Source: Octopus sinensis
Lineage: Eukaryota
Length of the DNA stretch: 64,000 nt
Direction: 5' to 3'
Assembly: GCF_006345805.1 (NCBI RefSeq)
Contig: NW_021833059.1
Coordinates: 1 to 64,000, forward strand
Made by a program: the position numbers and the translations under genes. The notes under the pieces were generated by a model, which saw only the letters and a list, made by a program, of their open reading frames with translations, was not told where the DNA came from and did no database searches. The stretch's first letter is position 1. Each line of letters starts with the position of its first letter. Positions 12,401 to 27,230 of this stretch are shown piece by piece.

Positions 12401-14166
12401 TAAATAATTTAAGAAGCTTAAATGTAAAGTAAACATGTGCGGTTGTTTTTTTTGAATAACTTTTTTTACGATGCAAAAATAAATTCTCATGAGATTCAAC
12501 GTTTACATTACTCATTGTTAAAACGGAACCAATTTTAACTAAGGTTAAACTATTTAATTAAGGCATTCACCCCTTATTGTTGGAAATCATTCTCCTTGTT
12601 TAGATGTTGTGTATTGTTCTATAGCTTCTATAGCTTTAAGTATCAAAATATCTAAAGTGCACTTTAATAGGTAAAAATTTTTTATCTCACTAAAATTTCG
12701 GAAACAGACACATGGGTCGGTTCATAAATCCTATAAAAATTCATTAAATTATACTACAACTTATTCCATCAAAAGCATATGCAAAAACCGATTCCAAGAA
12801 TAAAAAAATTATAAAGACTGTGTGTCTTTTATGCTTTGTTCAATATGACCGGAGTCATAAATTAAAACCAGTTATGTTTTAGAAATTTTAACTATGGATT
12901 TCTAGTCTCATATTATAGCTCACAAAGCTTGGATGACTGCATCTATATTTATTGATTGAATTATCAGTTTTGATCTCTAGCTTAAAATAAAAGAAAATTT
13001 TATTTCTAATAGACCACTGTCCTGCACATTGTATCCCTCAAATTAAATAATTGAAGGAACTTATTTATGTATTAAAACCAAAGACGGATAAGCCAGTTAA
13101 TTATAATAATTCCCGTGATCGCCGATCCAAACGAGGGAGATCCTACTGAAAGGTTCGATCCTGCCCACATGATCGGCCTGAGACGACGATGTCCCAGGGT
13201 CTGAGATCTAGAAGTCCTTTTTCGGTAGGCATTAAGTGCCTCCTGAGCGTTGCCATATCCGAATGGAATTTTCCAACTGACATGGTGGACCCCATAACGC
13301 CACGCTAAGACCGGAAGGAAGGTAAGAATTGAAGGAACTGATATTATCGATTCTTTAATGCGAAAACCTAAAACGGGCAAATAAAAAGTAATTAGAGATT
13401 AAATTATATTTTAATAAATTTTAAACGTGTTTATTTTAATTTTTCAAGTTTAGATTGTTTCAAATTAGCCATAAAATTTTCATGTACCAAAAATGGCCAA
13501 TTTGTAAGGATTTACTGTATATCCAAAAAATCTTTGATGCTTTTCAAAAGCTTGAATTCCCATAGTTTCAGAATGCCAATCTATTATGTCTTTTGTATCT
13601 TGATTTTGCTGTGAGAGGTTCTGTAATGAATGGATCAATAATCCATGGTGGGATAACTAAGTTTTATCCCTATATTGTGTTTTAAAATTGGTATACATAC
13701 TCTTAAAATGATATATCAAATTGTAAATCCTTGTCTTTAAGAATATTCTGTATTTTGGATAAATTTGGAAATTGTACCAATTCGTTACATTCAATAATAA
13801 CACAATAAGGTTTAATAACACTCGCCTTGGAATATTTTTTAAAGTAATTTCATTATATAGTGACACCGCCCTCATATCACTTGTAATCTTTCTTGAAATA
13901 CCGTAATATCGATAGACTCTTAATCTGAATGACCAGGGCGGTATATTTTAATAGGATTTTGTTTAGAAACCTCCCAATATTCCCCCATTAGAATACTACT
14001 AAATCTATTTGTGGCATGTTCTATCTTATGAGCTGCAGTAGACACAAAATCCTTCATAAAAACCAAGTCCAGACCTTCCTTCGACACCAAATATATCTTC
14101 ATCTATAAAAATTCTTTAAAAATAAAGATTATCAATCAATTACACAACAAAATCAAATACTAAAAA

Positions 14167-17044
14167 TCAATTCTCCAAATCAAGCCCCATTTTGTGAAAA
14201 GTCTCTTTCTGAATAGCAGAAGAATTAATATCCTCAGCAGTAAGCAACGACAACCCAAGCTGATCCTCCTACGATAAAGTAACCCGACTGCACAAAACCA
14301 GTCTAACTGGAATAGACATCTTTCTCAGAAAATGTTTAGCGTTTTGAATCGCCTCGTCTATCGACAAATCACTCAACGAATCTGGCAAATTCTCAAGAAT
14401 CCAATTCGGCAATTTTGACTTTTTATCTTCCCGTGCAAATCTCTAAAACTTTAAAAAATACCAAAAAACAAAATCAGCAAAAATAATTATTCCATAATCC
14501 GTCTTCCCTCTCAGTATTCTCCCCACACACTGTGCTGTATGTCGCATTGCATCAAACGTCAAAAACTCAGATTCAGAAATACAAAAATTCTCCCTAAGAA
14601 ACTCAAGTCGTGTCTGCCTTTAAAATCCCCCAACAACTCACCGCCAAAATCCTACTTTGTGTGTACACGTAGGGCACTCCATACATGACTACAGCCCGTC
14701 CGTAGTGGTTCTCTACAAAATAAAAACAACAAGCAAAAAACCAAAGTCGATCCCCTCAGAGACCTTTCCTCGAGCCACGGAAAGCAGCACGGCTCCTCTC
14801 CCATTATCACATGACTTAATACAACAAGTCAACTCACCTTCCTGTAATTAGAAAGAGCATATTCTGTCTCAAATGAGTTCATAGTCTCCACAAATATCAA
14901 TTTATAGCGCAGAATCTTGTCTATGAAGCCCTGTTCCTGCCACATTGCCACCACCTTCTCCTATCATGTCCCCCAAACACAACAAAACCATATAACTATA
15001 ACTCGTAAAGAAACAAGCCACTCCGTCGGGGACTACTCTGCACAACTCGACCAACAACAACCCATAATTACGGATAATGTCTAATTCGGTGATTAACATG
15101 ACTAAACCAATGTCATCTCTACTTTCATATCTCGTGGTTAATGTTACTTGATCACTTCCTCGAGTTACAATCTGATTTGATATCACAAATCTACCATTGG
15201 ACACACACTTGGTCTAGTTTGAGTCATTCCAAACGAATTTTTTACCGTCGAACTAAAATCCAGGATCCTCGGGTACATTTCCATAGGCACCAGAGTCTAA
15301 GCCACTCAAAAAACCACAAAAAACCCCAGATGTAAGTAAAATCGACCGAAAGCAACAGAATATACTTTTTGTTACGATTGTGGCATCCAAACAGCACAAA
15401 GTCAGTTTATTTTCGGCCGAGGATTTTATTTGGGAGTACTCGGCAGGCTCAATAACCACGACAAAACCATTTTTTGCTTCATGGACCAACAGGGTGGCCA
15501 ATCTAGCCAACTTTAAGACTGGTTTGAGGCCCTCAATGTCATTCAGCTTCAACGTTTCGATTATTGAAGCCAAACGAGATGAACAAAACCAGAAAATTGA
15601 ACAAAAAATGTCCAACTTGAGCGGTCTGGGCTCGATAAATGCAATTTTCTTGAGGTCTTTGACAAACAGTGAAATCGATTCTTTGATTACGTAATCACTC
15701 TCCATTCTGTATTTTATATAATTCAAAAAACGAAGCAGAAAGTGCAAAAAATGTTCAGCCTGTCTTATACTGCCCGGGACAGCCTCTGTTGTTCAAAAAG
15801 TGTGTTTTTACCTTCAAAAATTTGTTCTGGAAGCACTAAAAATGTCAACAACAAAACCCACGTGGATTCGATATTTGAATATAATTTTCGCGCTCTTTTT
15901 CAATCCTTTGAAGGTCAGAAACCAAATGGTCATATTCCCTCTGCAATGCTTCTTTGTCTGTTTCCCTCAGCCTTACATATTGACATATTTCCCTCACTTT
16001 TTGAGCTCAGTTTGGAGGGTTTTTATATTTCTTTCGGCCGAATTGACATTTTTCCAAGTTAGTTCGACAGTCAAAGCCTCAATGCACACATTGTCTGAGT
16101 TTAATAATTGCTTTTGTGGACAAAAAACCAATGTTATGAGCTTCGTCGAACACTACGATTGAATTTCTGGAGAGATCTTTGGCTACTCTGCTGGCAATTT
16201 GGGGATCAAGCATGTAGGAGTAATTGAAGACTATAATCTGCACTTTTGACAGCTAAAAATAGTAAAAATATGTAAATTACAAAATGACGAATTATAAAAT
16301 AAGGACAAGCATTTTCTTTGATTCCAAACTCCTTTAAATCGTCCTAAATAAAATTAAATTTGAAAATCCACCAAGTCATAAACACCACAAGGAAGGGGTA
16401 CAAATTCAGCCTTCTATTTATTAAAATTAATTAATATTTAATTAAATATAAATTTAATATTTATAAATTTAATTAACCGTATAGTAAGGACATGTGGGTA
16501 CTTGTTCATTATTAGCTGCCCTCTGTCTGGTGAGGGGAGATGTGAGGGAATAGCATTTACTATCCACATCAACCTCCCTAGAAACCTGGCCATTTTAGTT
16601 AAAAAGAACCTTCGGATGAATACACAGGTTCTTTCTAGCACTAAAAGCCACGGCGACAATCGGTGGTTTGGTCTCTACTTCAGTGTAGTAGTCCAAAAGT
16701 AATTTAAGTTCCCCCACAACCTTGTTAACCTCCCCCACTGTCCTTGAACAGTAAATTATTGAGTCTATTTTCCCTTTATGATACTACAAATATAGTTTTA
16801 TATACAACCAAATAGTAGGCTACAAGTAATGATAATATTGTTATTGTTTTGCCTGTTCCGGATGACATTTCTAAGACACTGTGGCCCTATTGGTGTGATA
16901 TTTAGTGGTACTTTTATGTCTAAGGATCGTTTTAGTTGTAACATGTAGGCATATTGCTCGGGGTAGATATATTCATAAGGGAATAGGATTTCTATTTCTT
17001 CTAAAGAGAATCTATTACATTAATTCACATGATGTCCACCTCAT
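14167..17044 (-). CDS. ERCC2: TFIIH helicase XPD (Rad3), many micro-introns
   Basis: MR|[20 protein letters not shown].., [84 protein letters not shown]-terminal EDQLGLSLL. Not every internal junction was checked. Confidence 0.96.
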
Positions 17045-17303
17045 TATTATAATTTTAAAATTTTATTTAAAAAACTTTTTAATTTTTATTGATCGATATT
17101 AATTAATTTGATATTTTTAAATATATTTTTATTGTAAATTTTGACACTATAATTATTATTTTATATTTATTATTTTTATATACTGATTAATTTTTCTTAA
17201 TTTAATCACATTAATTTAATAACAATATTATTTTAAAATAATTATTTTTAAAAATAAATAAATACATTTTTCTTTTGTTATAAAAAACAATTAAAATTTT
17301 TAA
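17045..17303. promoter_or_regulatory. Shared divergent promoter region of XPD and GCLC
   Basis: About 260 bp, almost entirely A/T, between two outward-facing start codons; promoter function inferred from position. Confidence 0.6.
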
Positions 17304-19493
17304 ATGGGGTTGCTTAGTTGTGGAGAATCCTTAAAATGGAGCGAAATAATAGAACATAGAGAATACATAAAAGAACGTGGGATTATTCACTTCATCAAAT
17401 GCTGGAATGCCAATAAAGACCGAAAAGGGGAGGAATTGAAGTGGGGTGACGAAATAGAATACACTCTCCTCCATTTTGACCCCAAGGCACGACGTGTGAG
17501 AGTAAGCCTCAGGTCGAACGAAATGTTAGAACGATTAACACAACAAAACCACAAGTTTAAATAAAATTTATTTTAGAATAAAAATATGTGATTGGAGACC
17601 CGAATACGCAGCCTATGTCCTCGAAGGGATCCCGGGAATTCCAATGGCGGGAAATTTAGACAGTTACAAAAAAATTCAAAAAACATGAAAATGCGGTTTT
17701 TCTATCAAAATAAAATTCAGTCGCAACAAAGTCAGGGAAATGCTCAGAGACGAGACCAAAAGGATTTTTTGACTGTCTTTGTATCACAGGATTTCCAAGG
17801 TAGCAAATTTACATCCAAAACAGACTCGGATGTCCAGATTTTACATTCCCGCCTTCATTTCCCTCTGAAAATGGCATTTCCGGGTCACTATTTTACCCCG
17901 ATGAGGCAATTTTCGACGGACATCCTCGTTTTAAGTAAAAAATTAAAAAAAATTTTAGAAATCTAACAGCAAATATTCGCAGTCGACGTGGGCAGAAAGT
18001 CCGAATTCACATTCCAAGTAACCCACAACAAAAATTATAATTATTATTTTATTATTATTAAATAAATTAAATTAAAAAATTAAATAAATTAAATTAACCA
18101 TGGCAGTCTACAAAGACCGGAACACACCTTGGCCATTTAAGGACGAGTTCTCATCAAGTGAGGACCCCCCACCCGCCAATCACATCAACATGGACTCGAT
18201 GGGCTTTGGGATGGGGCTCAGTTGCCTTCAAGTTATAATCCGCCTTGTCATCATTAGGTGACATTCCAGACATCCGATATAGCCGAAGCGCGGGAATTAT
18301 ACGACCAGTTGATACCTTTGTGCCCTATTTTGGTATTTTTGGTTTTTTTAAGAGGAGATGGCCTTAAGTGCCTCATGTCCGGTGTTTAAAGGCTATTTGG
18401 CTGACTTTGATGTGAGGTGGCCTGCTATAGAAGCGTCAGTTGATGATAGGACAAGACAAGAACTGTCTCCACCGGTATTTCCACGTGTTTATGTTAGCCG
18501 AATCCCCCCAAGTCACGGTATAGTTCAGTTGACTGTTATTTGACGGAATCTGGCAGAGAAATGAACGACATTGCTATTAAATATGACAAAAAACATTATT
18601 CTATGCTCATAGATGCAGGTTTGTGAGTTTTTTGTTCAGATTTGAGGAGTCGATGATCTCCTGGCTGGTCACATTGCTCATTTATTCGTCCGCGATCCAG
18701 TTTCCGTGTTTAGAGAGAAGCTCGACCCGAATAACAAAGCAGATGAAGACCATTTTGATAATATACAATCCACAAATTGGCAGTCCCTACGATTTAAGCC
18801 ACCCCCTTCAGGAAATGGGGACACAGGATGGAGGGTTGAATTCCGACCTTTGGATGTATATATATTTAATATATATAGGTACAAACTACTGACTTTGAGA
18901 ATTCGGCTTTTGTGTTTTTTGTGATTTTAATTACACGTGCTGCTCTCTCCTTGGGGACTTGTGGAAGGTCAGTGGACTTTCGGGTGCCCATATCAAAGGT
19001 GACCCCTCTGAGGTTATTTATTCAGGTGGACGAGAATATGAGGAGATCTGTACAGAGGGATGCAGTGGTGGATCAAAAGTTTTATTTCCGACTGGACTCG
19101 CTAAACCCGACGAGAGAATATTGCAAGGAAAATATAGTGGAAATGTCGATTGATGAGATTATGAACGGAAGTGTATATTGTGGTGTGATTGTGTGGGTTT
19201 AGACACGTTTTTTGGGGTTGATTGAGTTTATAAAACAATATATCACCACTCATCCTGACGTGGAGGCGTCCACGTTTTGTTTGTTTTCGAAATACCTCAA
19301 GTTATTGTCTGGAAGGGCCTCGGGGAAGTTGATTACTGGGGCTAAGTTGATGAGGGATTTTATTTTGTCTCATCCTGACTATAAAGGGGACTCTTGTGTG
19401 GGTGAGTCGGTGGAATATGATTTGTTGGTTTTCCTCAGAGATTTGACTGAGGAATTGGTTTCTCCAGAAAATTTTTTTCCGGATAATAATTGA
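17304..19493 (+). CDS. GCLC: Glutamate-cysteine ligase catalytic subunit
   Basis: [52 protein letters not shown]|[31 protein letters not shown]. The frame stays open after removing the small GT-AG introns checked, e.g. 17555-17576 (22 nt) and 17800-17823. Confidence 0.97.
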
Positions 19494-19599
19494 TTTTAGA
19501 TTTAAATTTTGTTTTTAATTCTACAAATCTATATTTCTTTTATTTAATTCTTAAAATATCAAATTTATTACTTTTATTTAATTTTGAACAAATTCTGCT

Positions 19600-19730
19600 C
19601 TAAAACGCTGAGACCTGGAATCTAACCACCAAAGAACTAGAACAGCTCAACTTTTTCCACAAAAAACTACTCCCAGGAATTTCCTAGCTAAAAAAGATGA
19701 GCATCGAAGAACTCAATAGAATTACACATT
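19600..19730 (+). mobile_element. RTE-like LINE C-terminal fragment
   Basis: NAETWNLTTKELEQLNFFHKKLL parallels YNGGTWGISESESKSLDAFHRRQL in the 53-56 kb LINE. Confidence 0.6.
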
Positions 19731-20258
19731 TTTTTCAAATAATACAATCCAGAAAAGAGTTTGACATTTAAAACAAAAAGGACATCTTTTTCCTTATATG
19801 ACCATGATTCAGTGGCATTTTTGGAGTTTAAATTTTTGTTTTATATAACTCTGTTTTTCGGCCGGTTGCAGTATGCGCACTGGTAAAACTATGCAAACCG
19901 GTAGCAACATACCAACCAGCCATATTCCCAAAACACATATTACTATGATCCCACTAGTGTTCTAAACCGAATTTTCAAATTAGCGTTAAAAGCACCATTC
20001 GCCATTGGTGTTTACTTCTCGGTAAGAAGAAAATCACAAAATTATAAAAAATGTCAATTTGTGTTTTAATTCTATTTTATATTTACTATAAATATTTTTT
20101 TGTATCGGGATGATCGGTTTTGAGATAGATGAACATGGTATCCCGGTTGGTTCTCCCTTACTTGTTCACAAAAAATTTCCTACATTTAATTTCCTTACTG
20201 TTCAGATTTGTTTAAAGTTTTTTATATGAAAAAAGATAGTTCTGTCCTCTCTTACACA

Positions 20259-22659
20259 TCACTGGAACCATCCACTGTGTGTTAGACGCCTACTCGTTCT
20301 TAATATAACTCCCAACAGTCTCTCAAAAAAGCTGTCGAGAGTATGTTGATGATTTTGACAAATTCTTATATAACAAGTGATGCTTTTTTGTAATATAAAG
20401 AAAATCGGTAAAAATATAAATAAAAATAAATGATCGTCATAATGATAGGAATTTCTCAGTTCGTTGATGATCTTCAGGAGGGCGGCCGAAATTCTGTCTT
20501 TGAGACACAGGGAATCCTTCAACGTTTGCTTTTTCAATAAGAGAAACGACTGTCCGTCAAAATGCTGGGATCTCAGCACGGGAGCCACATTCCGGCATTT
20601 CGTAGACTCGATGTACTTTATCAAATTCTCACAGGACCAGTCGCGTGGGTCTTTTAGTAGGGAATTTGTATTTTTCTCAGAAAGTGGCAGAGTTTGACTA
20701 CATTCGATTTTTCTCTTAGGTTTGGAACAGATCTCAGAAATTGAGAAATTTTTTGTACGTTTTTTGGATTTTGGAATTTTGGGGTTGCCTTGTTAATTTA
20801 ATTTATTTAAATTTACATATTAAACAAGGTTTTTCTAATAAATCGACGAGGGATATTAAATTCGGACAAACTTTTAATTTTAGACGCAATTTGAGTAGAA
20901 AGTGACTCAGTTGTGAAAACTGTCGAATTTACTGTTTATTAAGTAAATAAATTTAAAAATACTTTTTTACGGATATCTGTATTGAATTGGTTAAATCTCC
21001 GAAAACACTTAAAATTTCATTCAGACGTTTAAAATTTGATGTACATTTTAAGATATACTCATATAGTGACTTAAGGACCAAACAAATTGGCCCAGGTCCA
21101 ATTATTTTGGGAATTCGAAGTATTTCTGACACATAAAGGTATTTCCCTAAGTAGCAATGAGCATTAATGAAGATCTCAGGACTCCAAAGGTCCTCAATTC
21201 TCCTAATTTCCACGTGGTCGTCCAACATATTTGATAAAAGGGCTTTCAACAGTATACTTCTATCTTGTTCACATAGTCGTGGCAATTGTGGCTGACTGAG
21301 TGGATAATCGTTTGATTCAGCCCACCCAAAGGGGAGGACTTGAGGACTGTAGATAGAATAGATCAAAGACGATTCCTCGTTTATTTTGACAAAAATCAAA
21401 TGTCCAGCAACTTTGAGGATTGTTGCTGGGCAGACACTTTGATTATTTGTAGGATTAATCACTTGAAGCTTTATCCCGGGTTCGAATCCAGGCTTTTTCT
21501 TGAACTGAAAGAAATAGTTTGTTTATTAATATTTACTGTTTTTGTAATCGATTTTGGAGCTCTTTCAAGTCCCTTTCCAATCCCTCTATATTTACTCCAC
21601 TGAAAAAGTTTTCTGGTCCCTTTAACATGAGACCACCAAGCACAACCATCAGAAAACGTAAAAGGCAGTTTGTGGCTCACAGAAAACTCAACGGGAAAGA
21701 TTCCATCAGAAAGAGAATAACAAGATTCAATTTTTGTACCAGATTCGATTGAATCGATTTTAATGCATGTGTTGTCGATTATTTCGCTAATTTTTGCTGG
21801 AAATAGAATCTGTCTGGTCTTCAAATCCAAAGCCTCAACTGCCATTCCAACTTTCAGTTTATGAACGGTTACTTCAAAGGGAATCTGGCACAGAAAGCAC
21901 TTCTGTATTCCAAAATAAATAAAACACAAATATAGACCCAACAAAGTCTGTGCAATCTCTTTTTGCATGTTTTTGCCATCCATGAACGACGAATATCGAT
22001 AAAAGTAGACCGTTTTCTCCTCCGTGGTAAAGTTGTTTGATTTTCGGTGAGTCAATTTTGATGGAAAAAGTTTTTTTGTCCCCTAAAAACTGAGCTTTGA
22101 TCAGCGGATATTCTATTTCGAGAACTCTGATGAACCAAACGGCATTGGTTTCGACTTGATACTCATAAATGTGGTCTCCGTTCCTCAGAGGGCATTTCAC
22201 AGCATAAGCAATATGAGGAAATGTATTTGGGGAATACTCGAGAGAATTAAATTCTTTTTTATTTTTCAAATCTTTGAAAGAAGTATCAGGCGGCAACTTT
22301 AAAGGCTTCATTTCTGTAAGTACGCGATCAATTTGACTTTGTTCGAGCTTTGTCACATAGGAGGAAATATTATGAAGAACAGTTTTGTCTTTAAGATATA
22401 ATTTTATGATCTTTGACAATGAAAAATTGTGGAAAATTTGTTCAGATTCATTGAAAAGATCAGGGACACTGAATTTCGAATTTTTTGGTGTTTTTTGATT
22501 TTCATTGGCAGCTACAGGAGATTCGTTTATAGAATCAGGTTTATCTCGACTGATAAAATTGGAATTAGAGCGATTGGTTTTAAGTTTACTTGGTTTTTCT
22601 GTATCACAATTTGAATGACATTTAGAATATTTATTTCTCTTGGAGTTGTGATTGTCCAT
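20259..22659 (-). CDS. Polycomb-group MBT-repeat + SLED + SAM protein (SFMBT/Scm-like)
   Basis: MBT motifs LKVGMAVEALD..FPAKI and FEPGIKLQVINP..VCPATILKV..VLPFGWAESN; SLED motif FINAHCYLGKYL..IPKIIGPGPICLVLK; SAM motif DPRDWSCENLIKYI..QHFDGQSFLLL. Start and end are approximate. Confidence 0.85.
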
Positions 22660-24334
22660 GTTGTATGCCTAGAAAAAGAATGAGAATATTCCTTAATTAG
22701 TGTTTAATCCGTTAATACAATATCATTCCTGACTTACTCGACCTAGTTACTGTTCATTTACCAGCACCAAAGCGTAGCCATTATATATTAATAAAATATA
22801 TCGTCATATATAGCAAATATAATCCCTCACTCAAACACAATGCATCCGCGTAGACTAACTAACATAAACCATAACGCATAGTGTACATACAAACAAGAAT
22901 AAACAAACTACCAAACAGCGTATGTATCTCTGTAATATAATGTATTCATATATCAACGAGAAAGTAGCGTATTTGTCGTTAAATCAATATTTCACGATTA
23001 TATGCGCTTGAGCGCTCTGGCTTCTGATGCTGGTATGCAGAGCTGCCAGTTTTTGGTATTTATGTGACTATTTTGTGATTTAAATTATCTCCGACAAGTT
23101 GAAATAACCACCAATTTCGGTGAACCGTACGAATTTTCAAAATTGTGTTGGGATCGAAACTATTTATGCAGGAATTATAAATAGATTCCATCACTTAAAA
23201 ACAAACGTTTTCATGTAGTTTTAATTACATAAAATTAAGGAAATTGATTGATTCGTGGTTCATTTTTATATTAAATCATTTAATCAAAGCGCAAAGTAAC
23301 CTATTTCACAATATTAAAATCAATATAAAAATTAAAATTTATATAATTATCGACCATAAGATAATTTTATGAAAACAATATATTTTTGTGTATTTCAAAT
23401 CAAAATAAGCCGATTTTTAGCAACTTTTACAGAAATTTTTTATTTAAAAAAAAATTTACACTAGTAATTAAATAGTTTGAAATAATATTCGACATAAATG
23501 ATATTCTTTAAGTACTATCTCGACTAGAATCTATTTTTTAATTTATTGATTTTATAACAAGTTATAGGTTATTTGTATTTTTTGCTGTCGTCAGTTATAG
23601 GTAACAAACAACCTATTAGTCAGCTAGAAATTTATTTAAATTGGTTAGTCAATTTAAAGATTTAATTATTAATTTAAGAATATACATAAATTGCTATATG
23701 ACATAAAAAATTTAAGAATCCTTCATTTTACTAAAAATAAAACCAATTTTAAGAATTATCTAGCAGAATTCAAATGATATGAATTTTACAAAAAACAGTC
23801 AAAAAGCAATATTTTTTCTGATATCAAATGCAATATACACATTTTATTTGTTTATCGGATTTATAAAAATCGATTTATAAAAATCGAATGAAATCGGTAA
23901 TGGTTTTCTTCGAATTATTATTTTTTGTGTTTATAATATTCTGAAGTATGAAATAATATTCATATAATTGCAAGTTATTGATTAATCTATTTAAAGTCAC
24001 ACACGTAAAATCGACCTTCGAAAAGTGATTTAGAAAAACTTGACACCTTTCCATAAAAGCCAATATCCCATACTGAATGGAATCTTTTGGTTAAGAAAAA
24101 TCTTAAACGAAAAACTATATACTCTATATAATTTTAGACCAATCATCATAAAAGTGATTTTATGGAGATAAAGACTATTTGGACATAGCCTAAGAATATA
24201 TCCAAATACACCGTGCAACCAAATAATGGAAAATTATTTTCACACTGTAAGTAATAAATTCCGAGGAAGACAAAAAACTCACTCCCAACTTGTTTAAAAA
24301 TTGACTACGCAAAAATCGAACGAAAATTTCTGAC

Positions 24335-24475
24335 AACATAGGATTTGGACGCTGTTCGAATAAGGGCTAAAACAAGGCAGCCTATGAAAACATAGCAGAG
24401 AAGATGGCCGAAATGCATGGCTCAAGCGAAACTCTTTGTACGCTACAAAAAAGAGCGCTTAACTAACTAAATATT
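24335..24475 (+). mobile_element. RTE-like LINE extreme 3' fragment
   Basis: DLDAVRIRAKTR..NIAEKMAE resembles the end of the 53-56 kb LINE ORF (DLDTLRSIAYNRTSWKIMTEKI). Confidence 0.45.
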
Positions 24476-26149
24476 ATTATTTATTAGTGGATTAGCACTA
24501 CCAAAACTCCCTAAAAGTCGATGACTACCAAAACTCCCTAGAAGTTTTTTGAAGACCTCTAATTAATTTTTTTAATTTTACTCATGTGTATTATATTTAA
24601 AAACCTATTTTTGTTTGTTAAAAATTATAATAGGCAACTTTTTGATTTAATTTGTTGTATAAGTACTGGAAATTCAAAATTATTTGAGTGGATAACTAAT
24701 GCCATAATGTTAATAATTCTCAACTTGAGAGTTCATTAAGGTTGCTAAAAAATAATTAAGGGTAAAGAACATTCAACATGGTATACTCCAATGTAATTTA
24801 TCACCATTTCAGGTATTTACAGGATTTTCGGAGTTGATCAGCTAAAGAACCAGAGGTCCTCGGGTTATTCTAAATAAACAGGAGTTAAATTTTAAAGGAA
24901 TACTGCCAGGTTGACATTTGGATGATAAAGATATTAATATTGTTTTATTTAAAATTATTTTTGAAAGTGGATCCAAATTCATTAATAATTTGACCAACAA
25001 TCAAAGTAAAACTAATTTTTAAAAACTTTTTAGGTGTCATGTTTACATATTTATAATGACAGCACTCAAAGCACTGATCACATCCAATCATTTTTAATTC
25101 CTAATCATTAATTCTGTCACCAACTGAGCTCATATTCTCACGTTTTTTTATAAAATATATTTTCCATAGACGAATAACAACTGCTTTAAATAAAATACTT
25201 TTTTCTTATCTTTCATTTTTAGAAAATAACATTAAATCAGACATACACCACAAATTCCTTTAAAGTACTGTATTCCCGTAAAAAAAAATAAAAAAAAAGA
25301 TAATAAATTTGAAATTGACTGTTTAAGTTTTTGTTTTTTATGCATTGCTCATCTTGTTTCATGAATAAATTCATCACTGTCTCTTAGTTTGCTTTACTAA
25401 AATGTATTTTAGCAGCGCTTTTATGAAGGCCTGATTTACGTGGAATGCACATATATGAAGGGAACAACTAGAAATGTCTTGATTTGAATTAAACATTTAG
25501 ATTTTTCACATCTTGTGTGGAATACAGAGATGTCTTAATGGTTAGATTCATTTGCATGAATTGTAATAGCGGCATTAAACTAGAATTTATCTTATATACA
25601 AAGTCCATGACAATAACTTTATGATATTTTTAGCAGGGACGATTTCTCTTTTGTTTGAAATAATAAAAAATTATTTTCTCCCTTTTGAATGTGGTACATG
25701 CCACAGCTATTTTTATAAAAAGCATTGGTGACTGCATTTCGTCACTACCAAAATAACAGGCTTCAAGTTAATAAATAATTAAACTAAATAGTGAAATTAA
25801 ATTCTCTTGTGGCAAACCCTATGTCTCAAATGATGACCAGGAGCAGTAGCAGAAAAAAATACAAAAGAAACAACAACCATATCTATGTTCCCTCAGTGGA
25901 TGAGAAAAATATACACAACATTAGAAAGTTTCAAAATGCATTTTAAAAACATCTAAAACGTCGAAAAATCATCAAAAATAGAAAAACTACGTAAATTTGG
26001 AATAGATTCAAACCATAGAACATCAAGGACTCGAATGACCTATGAAGAAGCCCAAAGAATAGTTGAATTCGACTTTGACGGAAAATAAACCGCCTCAATA
26101 TTTTCGAAGAAATCCCCTTAAATTCAGAGGGCAAAAAACAGTATAAAAC

Positions 26150-26395
26150 CATATTAATGCTATTAGCTCTCAGCCTCCTTACCGACCACCCTAGTAGTCT
26201 CAGAGGCGAGAGCTCGAACATATAGATCTCCGAAAGCTGACCGTATTTCAAAATTTTCTTTTCCTCCGAAAACGGGCAAGAATAGCCAGACGAAAATGTC
26301 GTTCTGAACAACAACAATGGGGAATGCACGCAGGTCACGTCCCAAGCGATAAACTTGCCTCCCCTGAATGGGAATGTAGTCATCCCGTCGGGAGT
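26150..26395 (-). mobile_element. CRE-like RLE fragment
   Basis: PDGMTTFPFRGGKFIAWDVTCVH..EEKKILKYGQL..ALASET. Confidence 0.8.
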
Positions 26396-26399
26396 GTTA

Positions 26400-26816
26400 A
26401 TTCTTGATCAGCTTGAGTTTTCATTTTTTCTAAAATAGCCGTACATGCATATTCCATATTAGTCTGTTAAAGGTTCATAGGTTTCTCCATCCGATGTTAC
26501 AACCGAAACACAAATAACAGGTTCATTACGAATGTTACTCCACCCATCCAGCATCATAGACACTGTTTTGTCCTGTAGTCTTTGTCGACAGTCCTCATGT
26601 TATTGGTCGTACACTCAATCGACAATGGACCATGATTTGACAACGTGAAGGTAAAAGATAGTCAGGAAGAAGCATTTGGACAAATTGAACAAATTTGAGA
26701 TGTCTTACAGCAGTAAAAGGAACAATTTTAAATGATTTTTGTGACTTTTTTTAATGATTTAAATCATTGATATTTTTGTTGATTAAAATCAAAATGATTT
26801 AAATTAAACAACCCTG
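26400..26816 (-). mobile_element. hAT (DUF659-type) remnant with one terminus
   Basis: KTVSMMLDGWSNIRNEPVICVSV on the minus strand; gatttaaatc subterminal repeats ending in caaccctg. Confidence 0.65.
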
Positions 26817-26883
26817 GAAAAAAATAAGCATCTTAACGATTAATAATTGTGTATTTATTTCATTAGCTGTTAATTCTCTAGAT

Positions 26884-27230
26884 CAGCGGTTCTTTAACTT
26901 TTTCAAATTTTTGATAAATTGTACCCCTTAGGGTTAAAAATGGATCCCGCGTACCCCCTATCGATTTTTAAGTTTTTAAATACTTTTTTTGAGATAAATG
27001 ATTTAATTATAAAATATAAATTATTTTCTAACTAAACAAAATCAATAAAATATTTTATGCCGAAAAAATGTAAAAGATTTAGTTCTAGTGAGATATTTGT
27101 TGTTGCTTTTCTGCAACAAGTTTTCTAATATTCGGATCCATGTTGCTAAGAGCGATTCGCATATCATCTCCAATTTTCAATCGATTACGAGATTTATTTT
27201 TAATAAATGATAAACAAGACATCGCAGTTT
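26884..27230 (-). mobile_element. One-ended Buster-type hAT fragment between two copies of a ~100-bp direct duplication
   Basis: Terminus cagcggttc with gcgtaccc subterminal motifs; minus strand IKNKSRNRLKIGDDMRIALS; duplication at 26785-26884 and 27239-27338. Confidence 0.7.

Noticed and set aside
13560-14102. Possible gene downstream of XPD
   Set aside because: Short broken frames with no recognisable family or consistent splice model.
21468-21500. tRNA T-arm-like ccgggttcgaatccagg
   Set aside because: No D-arm, anticodon arm or acceptor stem; it is the antisense of an MBT exon (PGFEPG).
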